NCBI GenBank assembly: GCA_951406725.2
Contig: OX597823.1
Coordinates: forward strand, 21,824,001 to 21,888,000
Length of the DNA: 64,000 nucleotides
Direction of reading: 5' to 3'
Source: Octopus vulgaris
Lineage: Eukaryota
The position numbers and the translations under genes were made by a program. The notes beneath the pieces are model-generated. The model was not told the origin of the DNA and made no database searches. It worked only from the letters and a program-made list of their open reading frames with translations. Shown here piece after piece: positions 14,611 to 28,800 of this stretch (positions within the stretch are counted from its first letter, which is position 1; every line of letters starts with the position of its first letter).

Positions 14611-16711
14611 TATTGATATAATAAAATATTCCCACCCACCTACCTACCTACCCTTTGTTTTGTGCAAAGGGAGGCAACTCAAATAGCTATAAAAAAACTA
14701 AAAATAAACCTGATAGTTATGGTTGTATGGATGGCAGCAGCAGTGTTGGTGTTTATAATAGGGAATGAAGAAAAATCTAAAGAGAAAGAGAGATTAGAAT
14801 TCACATGAAAAGATAGAAAGATGGAGAGAAAGAAAAAAAGAGATACAATAATGGTAGGTGGTAGTGTGTTGTTTGCTTTTGGTGGCTGTTTTTTGTTGTT
14901 GGTAGTGGTGTGACAGCAATGACATTACTTGACAATAGTTATTTGCACCAAGGCACATACACTAAATCATGTTTTTTTTTTCTTCAGAATTTGGCTTCAA
15001 AAATTAATAGTTTGCTGTCAACTCTACTATTTACCACCACCATTACATTATGTTGTACCAACAGCCTCACCTGAGCAAACTCTTGCAGTTTTAAGTGTGT
15101 CTATATGTGTGTGCACATGTACATATGCATGTGCATATACACCTGTATCAATTCATTAGCATTTCTTTTTGTCCTTTTTTTTTCTCTCTCTCTCTCCTAT
15201 TTTTTCAGTTACCACCTCAACACTGCTTCTATCTTTTTCTTCCCCCCCATTTCTCTGTCTTGCCTGCTATTTGTTGACATCTCCACCATTGCAAAAACAG
15301 ACAATATTACTGCTTATTTTTCACTTGCAAAACATGTGGAATCTTCTTGGCTTTCTCTAGTTGTGGTTTTACTTTTATATGGGTACTTTGTCTTTGAAGA
15401 TTTATGGTTAACTGTAGAAATCCCAATTTTAGTATTTGGTTTAGTATTTGTTTTCTGCTCATGTTTTTACATTTGACAGTCAGAGGGTTGTCCAAAATAC
15501 AAATTGTTCCACCAATTACTTTTAGCCCTTTTCTTCTGATTATACAACTGTTTCATTTCATTGGCAATTGAAAATGTCTCCTAACCATTTCCTTTTCTTC
15601 TATTGTATTTTATGTATTTCTTTGAGAAAAAAATGTTTCCTCTGAAACTTCCAGAATTCATGGAATCTGCATTTATTACCTAATGCAAAAGGTTTTTTCA
15701 TATTTTTTACAAAGCACTTTCATCTCTTTATAATGATTTGAAAGTGTTTATTCCATGCATAAATTCTGTTACTAAGAGAGGAATACAGGAACTCAAAGCT
15801 ATTAAAATTTATAAATTTTTGTTTTTATCTTTTTTCTTGACATAAAATGTAGTCATTTGGTTTGACTTTCCCATATATTCCCAGTACTTGCTTCCTTTTC
15901 ATGCTAAGTATGAGTCAGTAATATAAAGGAACGTAAGTAAATGATTTGGGGCATTTAATCCTGCAGTTTCTGTCATTCCTCTGGCTTAATGTTTCTAAAG
16001 TCATCTCTCACAGTGACCTGTCAATTCTTATCACTGTATGTCATGCCAACATACATCTTTGTTTACATTATTCCTGAGTTTGTCAATATCCTTGTCTGAT
16101 TTTTTTTTTTTTTTTTTTTTTTGTGGATCACTTCTCAGATTAAAATAGTACCAAAGTATGTGTTGGCTTTGTAGGTGTGTCATCAGCATGATGTACTGGA
16201 CTTGTTAGAAGTGTCAGATCAGTGTTCTTCATATTATTTTTGCTTCACTTTATGGTTGAATGCTTAAGCATTTAAAGAAGTTACTCATCTATAAAAACAT
16301 TTTCCTCCATATTCTGAATACATTTGATTTGATGTTATAGCCAGCCAGTCACTATTGTGAGTGCGCTGTGCATGTTGCTTCCTAGTTTGGTGTTGTGTTT
16401 ACTGCATTGAGCAAGTCTGCAAAAGATATTACAAGTTCCCTTGTTTATTAATACTAGTTCTAAAAAGGGCCTAAACATTGCATTGCTTTTGTATATTACA
16501 TGGGCCCAAGAACAGACCTGAGTTTGGTATAGACAGGGTAAAAATTCTGGCGTGATTACCAACCTTTATGCTATAAAACTGATGGGGGTTTCTCAACAAT
16601 AATGCCTGCCTATACTATAATAATTTGTGAAATAAAATTTGTTGAACTCCTGTTTCGGACTTCATATCAAAAGTTAGCTTAACCTGGCTTTGACCATGAA
16701 AGATAAAAATG

Positions 16712-16736
16712 TAATATATATATATATGTATATATG

Positions 16737-16809
<73 letters not shown>

Positions 16810-16850
16810 ATATGTATGTATATATATATATATATATATGTATATTATGT
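16712..16850. repeat. (TA)n / TATG microsatellite
   Basis: Direct reading. Confidence 0.95.
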
Positions 16851-18224
16851 GTATTGTATACAGTGGGATGTCACTTTGCTGTGAGAGGATGTATCAGACA
16901 CAGAAGTTGTGTAGACTTGGAAATGAAGCAAGGCATGCTTCCCTGGAAATGTAATGTGAGTTTGTATGAATGACATGGTACAAATTATAAATTAGTTGTA
17001 AGAGCAAAGACATGTTTATGCAGATGTGAGGTGTATAGAGGAAAACAGATAGCTGGAGAAGCGCCAGGATATTAGATAGGAGACTGTAGAAAAGGAAGAT
17101 AAAGAAAAACATGGACGGAAGATGGTAAAAGCTGATCTCACACAAGAAATGGTAAAAGAATGTAACAAATGGTGAGATGCTGTGTTGGAAAAGAACCCAT
17201 CTAACTCATGCAAGCATGGAAAAACAACTAAAAATTGTGTGTATGTGTGTGTGTGTATATACGCACACTGTCCCCTTTTTCACCTGGGGTAACTATGTAT
17301 CTTCTTTACAGCAAGGCACCTTTTCCTATCCTATCGTAGACTTGCAAACTACTTGGCAACCTCACTGGTGCTAGTGACATGCAAAAGCACTCTGCAATAT
17401 GGTTGTTTTGGCATGGCTTCTGAAGCCAGATGCCTTTCCTAACACCAGACATTGGTGCTCGATGTAGTTTACTGTCCTGTCGGATTGAGTCAAATCACCT
17501 AACCCATGCCAACATGGAATATGGAGGCTAAATATACACCTACTCACACAACCACATGGCTGTGCATGAGTGTGTAAGGATGTGTGAGTACAAGCATTTC
17601 AGGAAATATGCAAGATCAAATCAAAAGAAGATAATGACTAACTTGTGGGTGAGAAATGCATATCCTGGTTAATGTCACATATGTTCAACAGTGCAATGTC
17701 TTGTTTGTCTTAAGACTCTTTGTGGTAGTCTATATGATGACAGTTAGCTGTTCAAAAGTGGGTGTGGTGCGACTGATAGTTTTCTTGTTATTTACTCTTG
17801 TGATTTACATTCATTTTCATTTTAAAAACACAATCCCCAACCACATTCCAGATCGTATTTACATCATATTCATAATTCTTATAAAAATCCAGCTTAATTA
17901 ATAATGTACAATTTCCCAGAAACTCTAGATATCTGAAGTACTTGCAGTATTCTTTTAGGATGTGATTACATTACTTGTTGAAATCAATGTCAGCCTTTCT
18001 TGAACAGATCTATGATCGAAGGAGATTCAGAGATGTCCATCTCATTTTAGGTTCCTCTCTACTCTGACACTTGTACCCAGGACTACGTTTTCTAATATGT
18101 CCTTCATTTTAACATGGTAATATATGCTTTGAGTGGTATTTGGTTGCTATTCCTTGCAAGTCTTGCAACACTGTATAGAGGCTTTCATAGTGACTTGTCT
18201 TGTCCTCTGTTTGTCAATGTTTGC

Positions 18225-18263
<39 letters not shown>

Positions 18264-18480
18264 AATAACAATAAATGGATCCAAAAGTATAACTTTACAT
18301 GTGCCCCACCCTCAAAATCTTATTTATTTAGCTTAGTTGACTATTGTTGAACTGTTACCTGTTAGAGGTGTGAGTAGAAAGCAAGTTGGTGCATAAGGTA
18401 AGACTAGTATGTATTTATATTTAGTGGTGATTGGTTCAGAACCATTGTTGTTTTGTTCAATCATGGTGTTTTCTTAAACC

Positions 18481-18698
18481 TTAACCCTTTAGCATTTAAT
18501 CCGGACATAAGTATTCTGCCTGTTTTATGGTCAAACTGACCAGATCTGGTCTCTCACACCTACCCTACAATATCGTTTTTAAAATTAACAGCTACCTCAT
18601 CAAAATCTTACAGCTACAAGATGATGCATGATTAGTTCAAAACAATGTGGATAAAAAAGCATTAGTTTTGGCTGAATAATGCGAACACTAAAGAGTTA
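18481..18698. mobile_element. TTAA-type MITE (CCCTTTAG family)
   Basis: TTAACCCTTTAG ... CTAAAGAGTTAA. Homologous to copies at 39865, 52625 and 57052. Confidence 0.8.
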
Positions 18699-21600
18699 AA
18701 AAAAAAAATGTGTAAGAAGGTGGTGAAATACGATCTTCAGGTGTTGAGTTTTTCAAAGGTGATGACAAGTGACCAAGACTTCTGGTGATTTGCTGTGCTT
18801 GAAGACATGTAAAGCTAAGTGAAGTAAACGATGTTAAGTGATGATGATTATTATTTGGGAGGTGGGATTACTGTGTGTATTTGAGAGAGAGAAAGAGAAA
18901 ATGATCATTCTAAATAATCAAATGTTTTATATATCTGTAAAACAGTCCATTGAGTTTATAATAGATGATAAAGGTTGACTCTTGCCTGATGAAAGGAAAT
19001 ATGTATGAAATTAATGTGCTTGCAAACAATGGAGCAAACCTGACTGATGCCTTCATATATTTTGTATGGTGGCTGGTCTAGTTCCAGGAACTTTGGGTGC
19101 CACAATGAAAAACCATGGCCCTCATTTTATGCTGCACGATTTAACACCATCCCTTGTGGTATTAAACTGCGGTGTTTAACACTTGCTCTTTGTCTTTAGT
19201 AGAGCTAACCCTTAACCTATATGCAAGCCTTCTCACTAGATCCATTATCTATTCAGTATATATATATTTTTTTTCGGTTCTGTTGTGTGTCACTGGTCTG
19301 GGAGAGATTGCAAAGGTTGTGGAAACTGACCTTTCCACCTCTGATCAACAAGTACAAAAATTCTATACAATTGTCTTCTAATTCTGTCCCTCCCTCCCCC
19401 TCAATCACCACCACATAGACAGTCACACAATCATTCATTTTCTGTCACTTCTCCCTTCATCTCTCCCTCTCCCTCTCTCAAAAAGTTTCTGCCAAAAATC
19501 CTGGCAGGTCACTGTAGTTGACCTTCCTACTAAATTTCCCTCTCAGTCAAAGAATTGAGGAAGAAGCTAAGTGGTGGAATTTTCTGAGAGAGGTTGTGGC
19601 TGTATTTTTTTTTTCTTTTTTCATCAAGATTGGTAAGTCTCATGGCTTGTCTACTAGATATTGTGTAGTTTTAATCCCTGCATCCATCCATTGATTATAT
19701 TGATTCTCTTTTTATGGATATATAGATATTTCAGTAGAGATTGAACTTGTAACTGTTTGCAAAGTGTATTTGTGCATACCGCAATAATCCAGTGCAGTTT
19801 GCTGCATCAGTCATCAAATCGCTGTTTTAGCATTACAGGAGTTTGGGTATCCTAGATTATGACGCTATTACAGAAAGACAACATCACATCCTGGTTTGTT
19901 AGAAAAGGACTGTCATCCTCAACACTCCTGACCACTTGACCTGCAACTGAAGTCCTATTTTTGTATGTGTATAAGTACATGTAGTAGTAGTAGTAGTACT
20001 AATTTTGTGTGACTTGTTCAAGCTATACAAAAAAAAAAAAAAAGAATGAGTACTCATTGCTTCAATACTGAGTTGAAAAACTATATGTATTCTCAGGTTT
20101 AAAAGTGAGAGCAGTGTTTACCTGAAAATTGTTCCTTGCAAGAGACCTCATTATGTATTATTATAATTGAAATCATCTCCATACTATTTTACCGTTGCTT
20201 TTTTTTTTTTTTATTGCCAGCTGAAGTAGTTTAAATTTGTTGGGGCTTTTTTTTTTCTTTTCCGCATTTAAATCATACTCTTCTTACTGTTAATATAACT
20301 CAGCTGTAAAGAAGACAATTATTTTTTGATTAGATGACAAGGAGAGAGAATTTCAAATGAAGAACAGATTGTCATTTTCTGTTTTGCTTAAGCATGAATT
20401 CACTTGATTTTTTTTCTTAATTTCTTTTAATTATCTCCCCCTTTTTATTTAGAGTTGTTAGCAGTGGCCACAAGGTAGCTTTGTTTTCTTTCTCTGTATT
20501 TAAAAGAAGCTTTAATAAATTAAGACTCTATTGTGTACACTATTTAAAGTGGGATGTATCCTACTTTATCTAAATTTCTGCAGCTGGTCCTTTTGAGTAA
20601 CTTTCTTTTAGTGTCTTTCAATCATCCTCTTCCCCCACATACACTAATTTTGCTTTGAATTATTTATTTTGCTTTATAATGATTGGAAAAGGTTATGCCA
20701 AAATTATTAACTTTGATACCATTTGTTTCAAACTATTCTCGTCAGGTTCTGCATAGCCTGCCTCATGTTGAATTGAAGAGAGTAAAAAGCACAACTAAAA
20801 TTATTATCTGAATTTTTTTCTCTAGAGCTGTCACGACAACTAAGTTTTTAAGTGATTTATGTATATTTTGTATATGTGTGTGTTTAGAGTGACTTTTATT
20901 GTCTGGCATTTCAGAGTGAAGTGCTTATTTGTTTGTCTGCACAGGGGCTCACTAGCTTTTTTTAATCCGTTCCTTAACAACAAAGATCATTAAGCCTATT
21001 GCACATCTCTCTAATTTATAACTTTGGGGAATGGGACAAAGATCTACCCTTGGACAGTATTCAGTCAAATGAACATAACTTTCTTCAACATTACCTGTTG
21101 CATTTCCTGCGGATTGAGACTATGTGGTATTAAATTGAACAAAATACCTTCAGCTGATTTAAATATGTAACTCTTTAACTAATAGCTCAGTATTTCACCT
21201 ATTCAGTTACATTTCCTCATTGCTATTATTTCCTTTGAACTATCTTTTCCTTTAAAAAAAAAAAGAAGTGTTTTGACAGAAGTTAATATGAAAACTGGTT
21301 TACATTGTAGTTGAGTTCTGATGTTACAAGAAATAGGAGTTGAGTGAAACCATGTACTTGGTGTAAATGAAACCAGTATATATTAACACATAATGGACCC
21401 TTCTAAATCTGCTTTTCTATGAGGATGTGTGTGCATGCACACACATGCACATGCACAGCTATATTCTCATAGAAAAAGTGAATTATCAGCCATTTTAGAG
21501 CATCATATACAATGACTTATGCTACCTGAATTCTGTGTTCTTTTCCTTGGACAATGTCTTTTGTGTGGAGAGGAAAGACTTGCATATGTGGGGTAACTGT

Positions 21601-21736
21601 TGGTTTTCTATAAAAAATACTTGCTGTAGACTGGCAGGCTTGTACCTTAAAGCAGCTATCTTGGTTCTAATCCATCGTCTCATGAGACATATGAAGGCCT
21701 TTGACTCTAACTCACATGCATATGTATGTATGTATA

Positions 21737-21929
21737 TTATCTTTCATATGGTTCAGTCATTAGACTGTGGCCATGCTGGGGCACTGCCTTGGAGAATTTT
21801 AGTTGAATGAATCAATCCCAGTACTTTTTTTTCTTAAAGCCTAATACTTATTCTATTGGTCACTTTTACTGGACCACAAAGTTTCAGGGACATAAACACA
21901 CCAATGCCAGTTGACAAGTGGTGGGGCGG

Positions 21930-21978
<49 letters not shown>

Positions 21979-22100
21979 ATGGGTTTCTTTCAGTTTTCAT
22001 CTACCAAAATTCACTCACAAGGCTTTGGTCAAGTCAAAGCTATTGTAAAAGAGTTTGCCCAAGATGTCACACAGTGGGACTGAACCCAGAACCATGTGAT
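21737..22100 (-). mobile_element. SINE family A with expanded (CA)n
   Basis: Reverse complement of family A, with (CA)n at about 21936-21976. Confidence 0.75.
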
Positions 22101-22301
22101 AGGGAACATGCACACCCTATACATACTTGGTTCAGATATAAATGTATATGAAGCGTTTGCTGTCTCTAATCTAGGACTAAAAGAGCAGGTTCCCCTCCTA
22201 GTCAGCTCACATCCCATATCCATTGAATTTGGGCAACTGTGGTACACTTGCTTGGCATTAAGTGACTATAGAATTACCTGTGATCTAATGTGGTATGTGG
22301 T

Positions 22302-22340
<39 letters not shown>

Positions 22341-22845
22341 TATAGGATAAAATTTTTTTCGGGAAAAAAATTTTATCAATGGCGAGCATATCAAAAAATG
22401 CCTTTAAAGGCATATATATATATATAAGTATAAGTATACAGCATAGACTTGACAGAATAGAATAGCAAGATCTCTATGGTGGTAATCAGTAATGCAATTT
22501 ACCTAGTTATACAATAAATGCGAGATTCAACTCTTGTGGTAACTCATTCTCTTTCATGTCCTAGATTAATGCTTGTCTGTAACACATGCAGACTCATATG
22601 AGCAGTAACTATTTAGTTAAAAATCGGCAGCATTTTTACCCCCCTGTGTATGGCAGTGGATACTTGTAATTCTCAGTGGGTTGGAGGTTAGCCTCCACTT
22701 GGTTACCTAAGTGAAACTATATATTATAGTGTTACATAATTGCACACCTTCATACACAACCACACACATGCATTTATAGTTTAGCTGAAACTTTTTTCTT
22801 TCAGTTGTAGGGTGTTTCTTTTGGAACAGCTGAGGTTGGAATAGC

Positions 22846-22878
<33 letters not shown>

Positions 22879-23213
22879 CATAGAATAGTTTTTCTAGAGT
22901 CATTGATATCTGCTATGTAATATGGTCCACATAGTTGTTTCTATATTTTTAACACCTGTTCACGTCTTGATTGCTTATTGTTGAAGTGGGTAAGGCTGGC
23001 TGGGTCAGCTACTACTTGTTTATGTTCTTTTATTTATACCTGTTAAGGTAGAGTTCACAACTGAATTTGAATTGACTAACTCTTTACAACAGTAGCAGCA
23101 ATGATTGACACAAGCCTGTTACATTTTATATGAGGCATAAAGTCAATTGAATCAACCCCTGTTCATGACTACTGCTAATTATATCTTATCTGTTCTGAAT
23201 AGATAAAACATAG

Positions 23214-23253
<40 letters not shown>

Positions 23254-24120
23254 TCTTGAAGGTCTTGCTCTAAATTTTATCAAAGAAATAAACAAGAAGA
23301 GTAAGAGATACAGTCAGACCCTTCTTTCCGACTGTGTTAAATCTTGCTTTCAACACTTTAACTTTTTTACCCCTTTTGTTATCAGCTTACCCAAATCTAC
23401 CCTTGGTTTGATGATACAACTAATTGTTTTAAAGTGATTTAAATTAAAATCTTTCCATGCTAATTTATGTTCCAAACACCAGCTTAATAATGACAACTTT
23501 AACTAAATTCCACAAAAGCAACAGAACTGAACAGTTAATGGAAGGGTCAAAACTTCACAACTATATAAGCTAAAAAATTTTAATCAGATTCTCTTGAGTC
23601 TTCTAAAGATTATCTAGATACACCAATTTTCTTACCAAATCAACCATCTGTAAAATGTTATATAATCAGTGCCGAGCAGCCTCTATTGTTGAGTGGTGGT
23701 AAACAAAAACAAATATGAAAAAAATAAAAAGTAGAAAAAGAAACCTTGCCTCTTTCTGAATTTGTGAGTAAGTGACATTTAACTTGTAGGCTGGAATTCC
23801 AAATGAGATCATTCATTGTTTTGTTATGTATGTTTCATGCTCAGTCTAATCTAATGAAAAATGTGTATGATTTAATGTGAGGAAAGTGACATCACCCACA
23901 ACCTTTTGTAGACCTTCCCAGTCTGATGAAGATCAATGAAAGATATAAACAAAATCTTTCCAGGATTTCGAGAGGTGAAGTGGGTGGTGTCGGAGTGGTA
24001 CACTGCTTCTTAATTCAGGGAACAAAAGCTGCTATAGTAATAACATGAGTGGGGGGTGTTATACAGACAGTATAGTCCTGGAAAAGTAGGGTTATTCAGT
24101 GAGGGCTAAACAGTTCATTA

Positions 24121-25037
24121 TATTGGGTCATCCCATAAATAATGCAGTTTTTTTCAATTGCAAGATCTAAAAGTCAGATCTTGCAATTGGTTTAAGAGCA
24201 GATAGTAATTTTACCTTGTCCTTATTCTTAGTGCAAGTTTTGAAGAATGTAGTTCGATTTTTAACAGTTATTTTTTCAAAGCTGTAATGGAAGTGACAAA
24301 GGAGCATTTTCAGCATATTTTGCTTTATGGGTTCAGTGAAGGCAACTATGCAACAAAAAGTGCAAGAGGAATATTAACGCAGTATATCGGGATCAGACAA
24401 TAAGCCTAAGCCAGTGTCAACAGTGATTTCAGAAATTCCGAGCCAGACGCTACAGCCTAGAAGATGAGCTTCATCATGGAAGATCTGTAGAGCTCAATGA
24501 GGATGTCCTGCAAACCCTGGTGGAACAAAATCCCATTGTAACTATTGAGGAACTAGCAGAAAAGCTTGTATTTGGTCATTCCGCCATTCATCAACACCTG
24601 CGTGCCATCAGAAAAGTCAGGAAATTGTATCAATAGGTTCCTCACAAACTTTCCAATTCTAATTATGTGCAGAGAGTGAATGTGTGCACTTTGTTGTCAC
24701 GTCTCACAAATGGACCTTTTTTGGACTGAATAGTGACTGGTTATGAGAAATGGGTTCTCTGTAAAAATGTCCAGCACCAAAGACAGTGGGTAGGGAAAGG
24801 AGAAACACTGTCAGCCCCAGGCTAAAGACGTTCTTTACCCATTTAAGGTGTTATGTTTGGGATATGAGAGGTTTAATTGAATTTGAATTTTTAAACACTA
24901 ACCAAATGATAACAAAGGAGATCTACTGTGTGAAAATGACCATCTTTGGCTTCAAGACGAAAGGTGTTCTTCCATCAGGTTAATGCTTGGCCACATACAG
25001 CAAGGATGACATTTCAAAGGCTGGAGCATTTTGCATG
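24121..25037 (+). mobile_element. Decayed mariner transposon (transposase pseudogene from ATG at 24287)
   Basis: TA plus TTGGGT.. TIR. Translation MEVTKEHFQHILLY...LEDE..GR...EELAEKL...*VPHKL (WVPHEL)...IVTGYEKWV (IVTGDEKW)...HQVNAWPHTA (HDNARPH), with stops and frameshifts. 3'-truncated. Confidence 0.9.
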
Positions 25038-26493
25038 TGTGTGTGTATTTAATGTTATTTAGCAAAATTGGTGTTTATTTCCACATTGTTCAAGTTAAGT
25101 ATTCTGTTATAGGTTTCTGTCGATATATCCAACCCATGCCAGCATGGAAGATGGCTGTTAAACAATGATGATGATGATATGACATTTATAACCTAAAAAT
25201 ATTATAGCATTCTTATACTTAAGATATAAAATGTGGACCTTAACTCCTGTGATTCAGTGTTATCTTGGGTTGATGGCTGACAGTAGGCTAACTCCTGCTT
25301 TCATAAGTTAACATAGATATTTTATACACAAACAACTTAATTCATACTTTATATAATAAATTGAAGTGTATAATAAAAGTATGTTATATAATGTGGTATG
25401 ATTGTGTGACAATAAAATGAATATTTGTGTCAAGTGAAATCCATACTCATCATGATGTTGCCTTTTTACAAAAGTTAAGTGAATGGACTGTAAACAAAAC
25501 AACCACTAGCAATGGATGTATTCCACTCACACTACTTGACAAGAGTACTCTACCATTTCATTGCATTCAGGATGAATATTTAGTCAGTTGTATAGACTAG
25601 TGATGGTAGTTTAGCCTACCAGGCAGTCATTGTTAGTTTCATTAACCTGCCATCCATGAATAAGTTTGCTAATTTCAGGCTCCCCAATAAGTCTTATTTA
25701 ATGATGGCCACATGTGGAAGTGTGAACTTTTTCTTGGTTACAAGAGAATCCAGCTATCACAAGATCCCGTCGTGGTCCTACTGGTTAAAGGAGGGTAATA
25801 TATAAAGCAGGTTGAAAACAGTAAACTTTGCCCATGAATGTAACTATGCTGTTGGAACATATGTTGTGGCAGAAATTATGACACATTTAAAGAACATGCC
25901 AAGGAGAAAATGTGTATTAAGAATAGGTGTCACAGACCAACCATTACTTGAAAATAATGTCCATCAAAATGGTTATGCAGTCACAAGAAATAACTGATGC
26001 TAATTTAGGTACAAGGCCAGCAATTTTCAGAGGAAGGAGTAAGTTAACTAAATCAACTCCAGTATTTGACTAGTACTGCCTTTTATCAACCCCAGAGGAA
26101 TGGAAAGCACAATTGATTTCAGCAAGGTTTGATCTTAAAATGTAAGGACACAGAATACAACAGTTTTTCTGTGTCATTTGTTGACATTGAACTAAAATCT
26201 TGATTGTGACTTGAAAAATTTGTACATTTTTCTACATAGTGGGTCTGACCCCAAATTTACATTTTAACTTGAAAATTTGGGAGTTGTCTTGTACAAGTAA
26301 TATATGGTAGTTAATATTAGTCTGAGAGATTCACACAGGATTGTAGTCTTTATCCTTGGTAGACAAGAGTTATAGCAAACCAAACTTAGGCAATTCTTGA
26401 TTCAAGTCTTTGTGGGTCTGCAGACCAGTGAGCAGAGGCAGTCCAACTGACCATCCCCATTTTCCTTTTTGTTAGGATTGCATATTTTGGGCT

Positions 26494-27254
26494 ACAAAAT
26501 CTAATGCATCCATGTGTCTTTTCTTTTCCCTCTAATTTGGTAAGATGTTGTATGAGGGAGATTTAGTACCTGCTTTTAGCAGGCTCAGTGACTATAGAAG
26601 TTCCCACTACTGGTATGGTTTATTATGCTCACTTGTCATAACATGTTTCTGTCTAGTAGAAAATAACTTGCGTACATGGTTTGTTCAGGTCATTTACAGA
26701 TCAGATTTCTTTCCTGCTGTAGCTGCTTATACCAGGTTAATTACACACTTGTGTTGTTAACCCTCTTGAGTTCATTTAGAAGGATGTCTAACTACTTTCA
26801 ATAATCACTTTGGAATCTGAAATGTTTGACTGGTTAAATTTGTATGGCTTCAAAATGAATGACATATTCTTTGATGGTGAGGTGCCGTTAGTTCAACAAA
26901 CCTGAGTTAGAATATTCTAATGCCAGTTCATATTTTGCATGGCACTGACTCAGTCCCTGACAAAATCTAATGTGTCTTTTCTTTTCTCTCTAATTTGGTA
27001 AGATGTTGTATGAGGGAGATTTAGTACCTGCTTTTAGCAGGCTCAGTGACTATAGAAGTTCCCACTACTTTTAGAAGGATGTCTAACTACTTTCAATAAT
27101 CACTTTGGAATCTGAAATGTTTGACTGGCTAAATTTGTATGGCTTCAAAATGAATGACATATTCTTTGATGGTGAGGTGCCGTTAGTTCAACAAACCTGA
27201 GTTAGAATATTCTAATGCCAGTTCATATTTTGCATGGCACTGACTCAGTCCCTG
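26494..27254 (+). repeat. Local tandem duplication (466-bp copy plus 295-bp internally deleted copy)
   Basis: 26960-27254 repeats 26494-26959 minus 26612-26774 and an 8-bp segment. Two substitutions seen. Confidence 0.93.
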
Positions 27255-28097
27255 TTTACAAATTTTGTTGTTCAGCTATTTTGTATATTATGGACTACAC
27301 AAAGTGGTTTGTCCTTTCCTTTTTGAAGTGGTAGCCTGTGATTTGGCAGCTCTTTCTTGCAGATTGAATGACCGTATACTCTCTCATCAGGTTGTCTTAT
27401 CTATTTGTAGGTCAGGTGGGTATCCTAAATAGGTTAGATCACTGTTGTTAGTGATGGGGACACTATAACTGAGTTTAATAAGTTTTCAGAACAGAGTAAA
27501 AATTCACTTAGTATATGTGGAGTAAACAAACCACTACAGTGTATTCCTTCAGAAATCAGTTGTCACCATTGTATTCACCATAACATCCTGAAATCTGTGG
27601 GTTACCTGCACTGCTGCACTGAAATCTTTCTATCTTACATAAAATGGTAAAAAACAGTTGTTGCTTAAGTCCCCAGATAAGCTGTGATCAAAAGTGTTTG
27701 TCATGACCATCATGTTATTTTTTTTTTTATTGTATCAATGACAATATTGCCTATTTTGTGCCCTTTTATTCAGACAGTAAAGTATTGAGTGAGATTTGGC
27801 TGCTGTTTCTAGGAGGTCAAGTAACTGTATAAGGAACAAGAGTTGCTTATGATGATCTTATTCTTTTTTACTAATAATCAGCAACTCTATGAAGCTTGGA
27901 AAGTTGTGCATGCTACATTTATGATTTTCAGAATAATATCTTGATCATCTTTTAAGTTTCACATCCAATATCTTTTGGAATATCATGTTGTGGGGGTTTT
28001 GCAAATGGAACATTTTTTTGTTTGTTTTTTAATTGTTTTTTTTCTTCTTTTCGATATTTTTTAGATTGCTTGTTACAACTGAGGATTCTTTGAAAAG

Positions 28098-28260
28098 ATG
28101 GCCAACAGAGGAGCAGCCCAACGCCCAAATGGTGCCACACAAGGCAAAATATGTCAGTTTAAATTAGTTCTCCTTGGGGAGTCAGCCGTGGGCAAGTCAA
28201 GTTTGGTTTTGCGCTTTGTAAAAGGGCAGTTTCATGAGTATCAAGAGAGTACGATAGGAG
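28098..28260 (+). CDS. Rab5: Rab5 small GTPase, coding exon 1 (163 nt coding; exon probably starts at 28065 after a ttttag acceptor)
   Basis: Translates [54 protein letters not shown] with the Rab5 P-loop [14 protein letters not shown] donor at 28261 (phase 1). Long polypyrimidine tract plus AG at 28063-28064. Confidence 0.97.
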
Positions 28261-28703
28261 GTAAGTCCTTAATTTCTATTTGTTTTATACTACAGTAGCA
28301 CTGTAGTTCTGTCTTATATATGCTGCAACTATAATGTAGTCACGAGTGAAGACTCATAGCCCAATGGTTGGTGTTGAGCTCACAATCTTAAGGCCTTAGG
28401 TTTGATTCTTGGAACAGTTTGCATTGTGTATCTTTCAGCAAAAGCAGTTCATTTTATATATTTCTTCAGTTTACTCATCCTGAAATGAGTACCTTCCATG
28501 TGCTGGTGCAGTGCTCTCCCACTTCAGTGTCTGTCTGCTTGTGACTACATAAATACTTAAAACAATTAGTGAAGGCACAGTGCTTGCAACCAAGTAATAT
28601 TGGCTTCTCTCTGACTGTAGTTATGCTGCAGCGGTACTGTAGTGATGTATTATATATGCTGCAGTAGTCCATGTAATCATGATAGTACTGTAATATTATG
28701 TTC

Positions 28704-28787
<84 letters not shown>

Positions 28788-28800
28788 GCATACACACACA
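28704..28800. repeat. (TA)n microsatellite
   Basis: Direct reading. Confidence 0.95.

Noticed and set aside
24287-25037. Domesticated or active mariner transposase
   Set aside because: Multiple stops, frameshifts, mutated catalytic Asp positions and 3' truncation.
26612-26774. Deleted segment as a spliced-out intron (retrocopy origin of the duplicate)
   Set aside because: A GT...AG pair is nearby, but the real junction (actact|tttag) does not match the spliced product.
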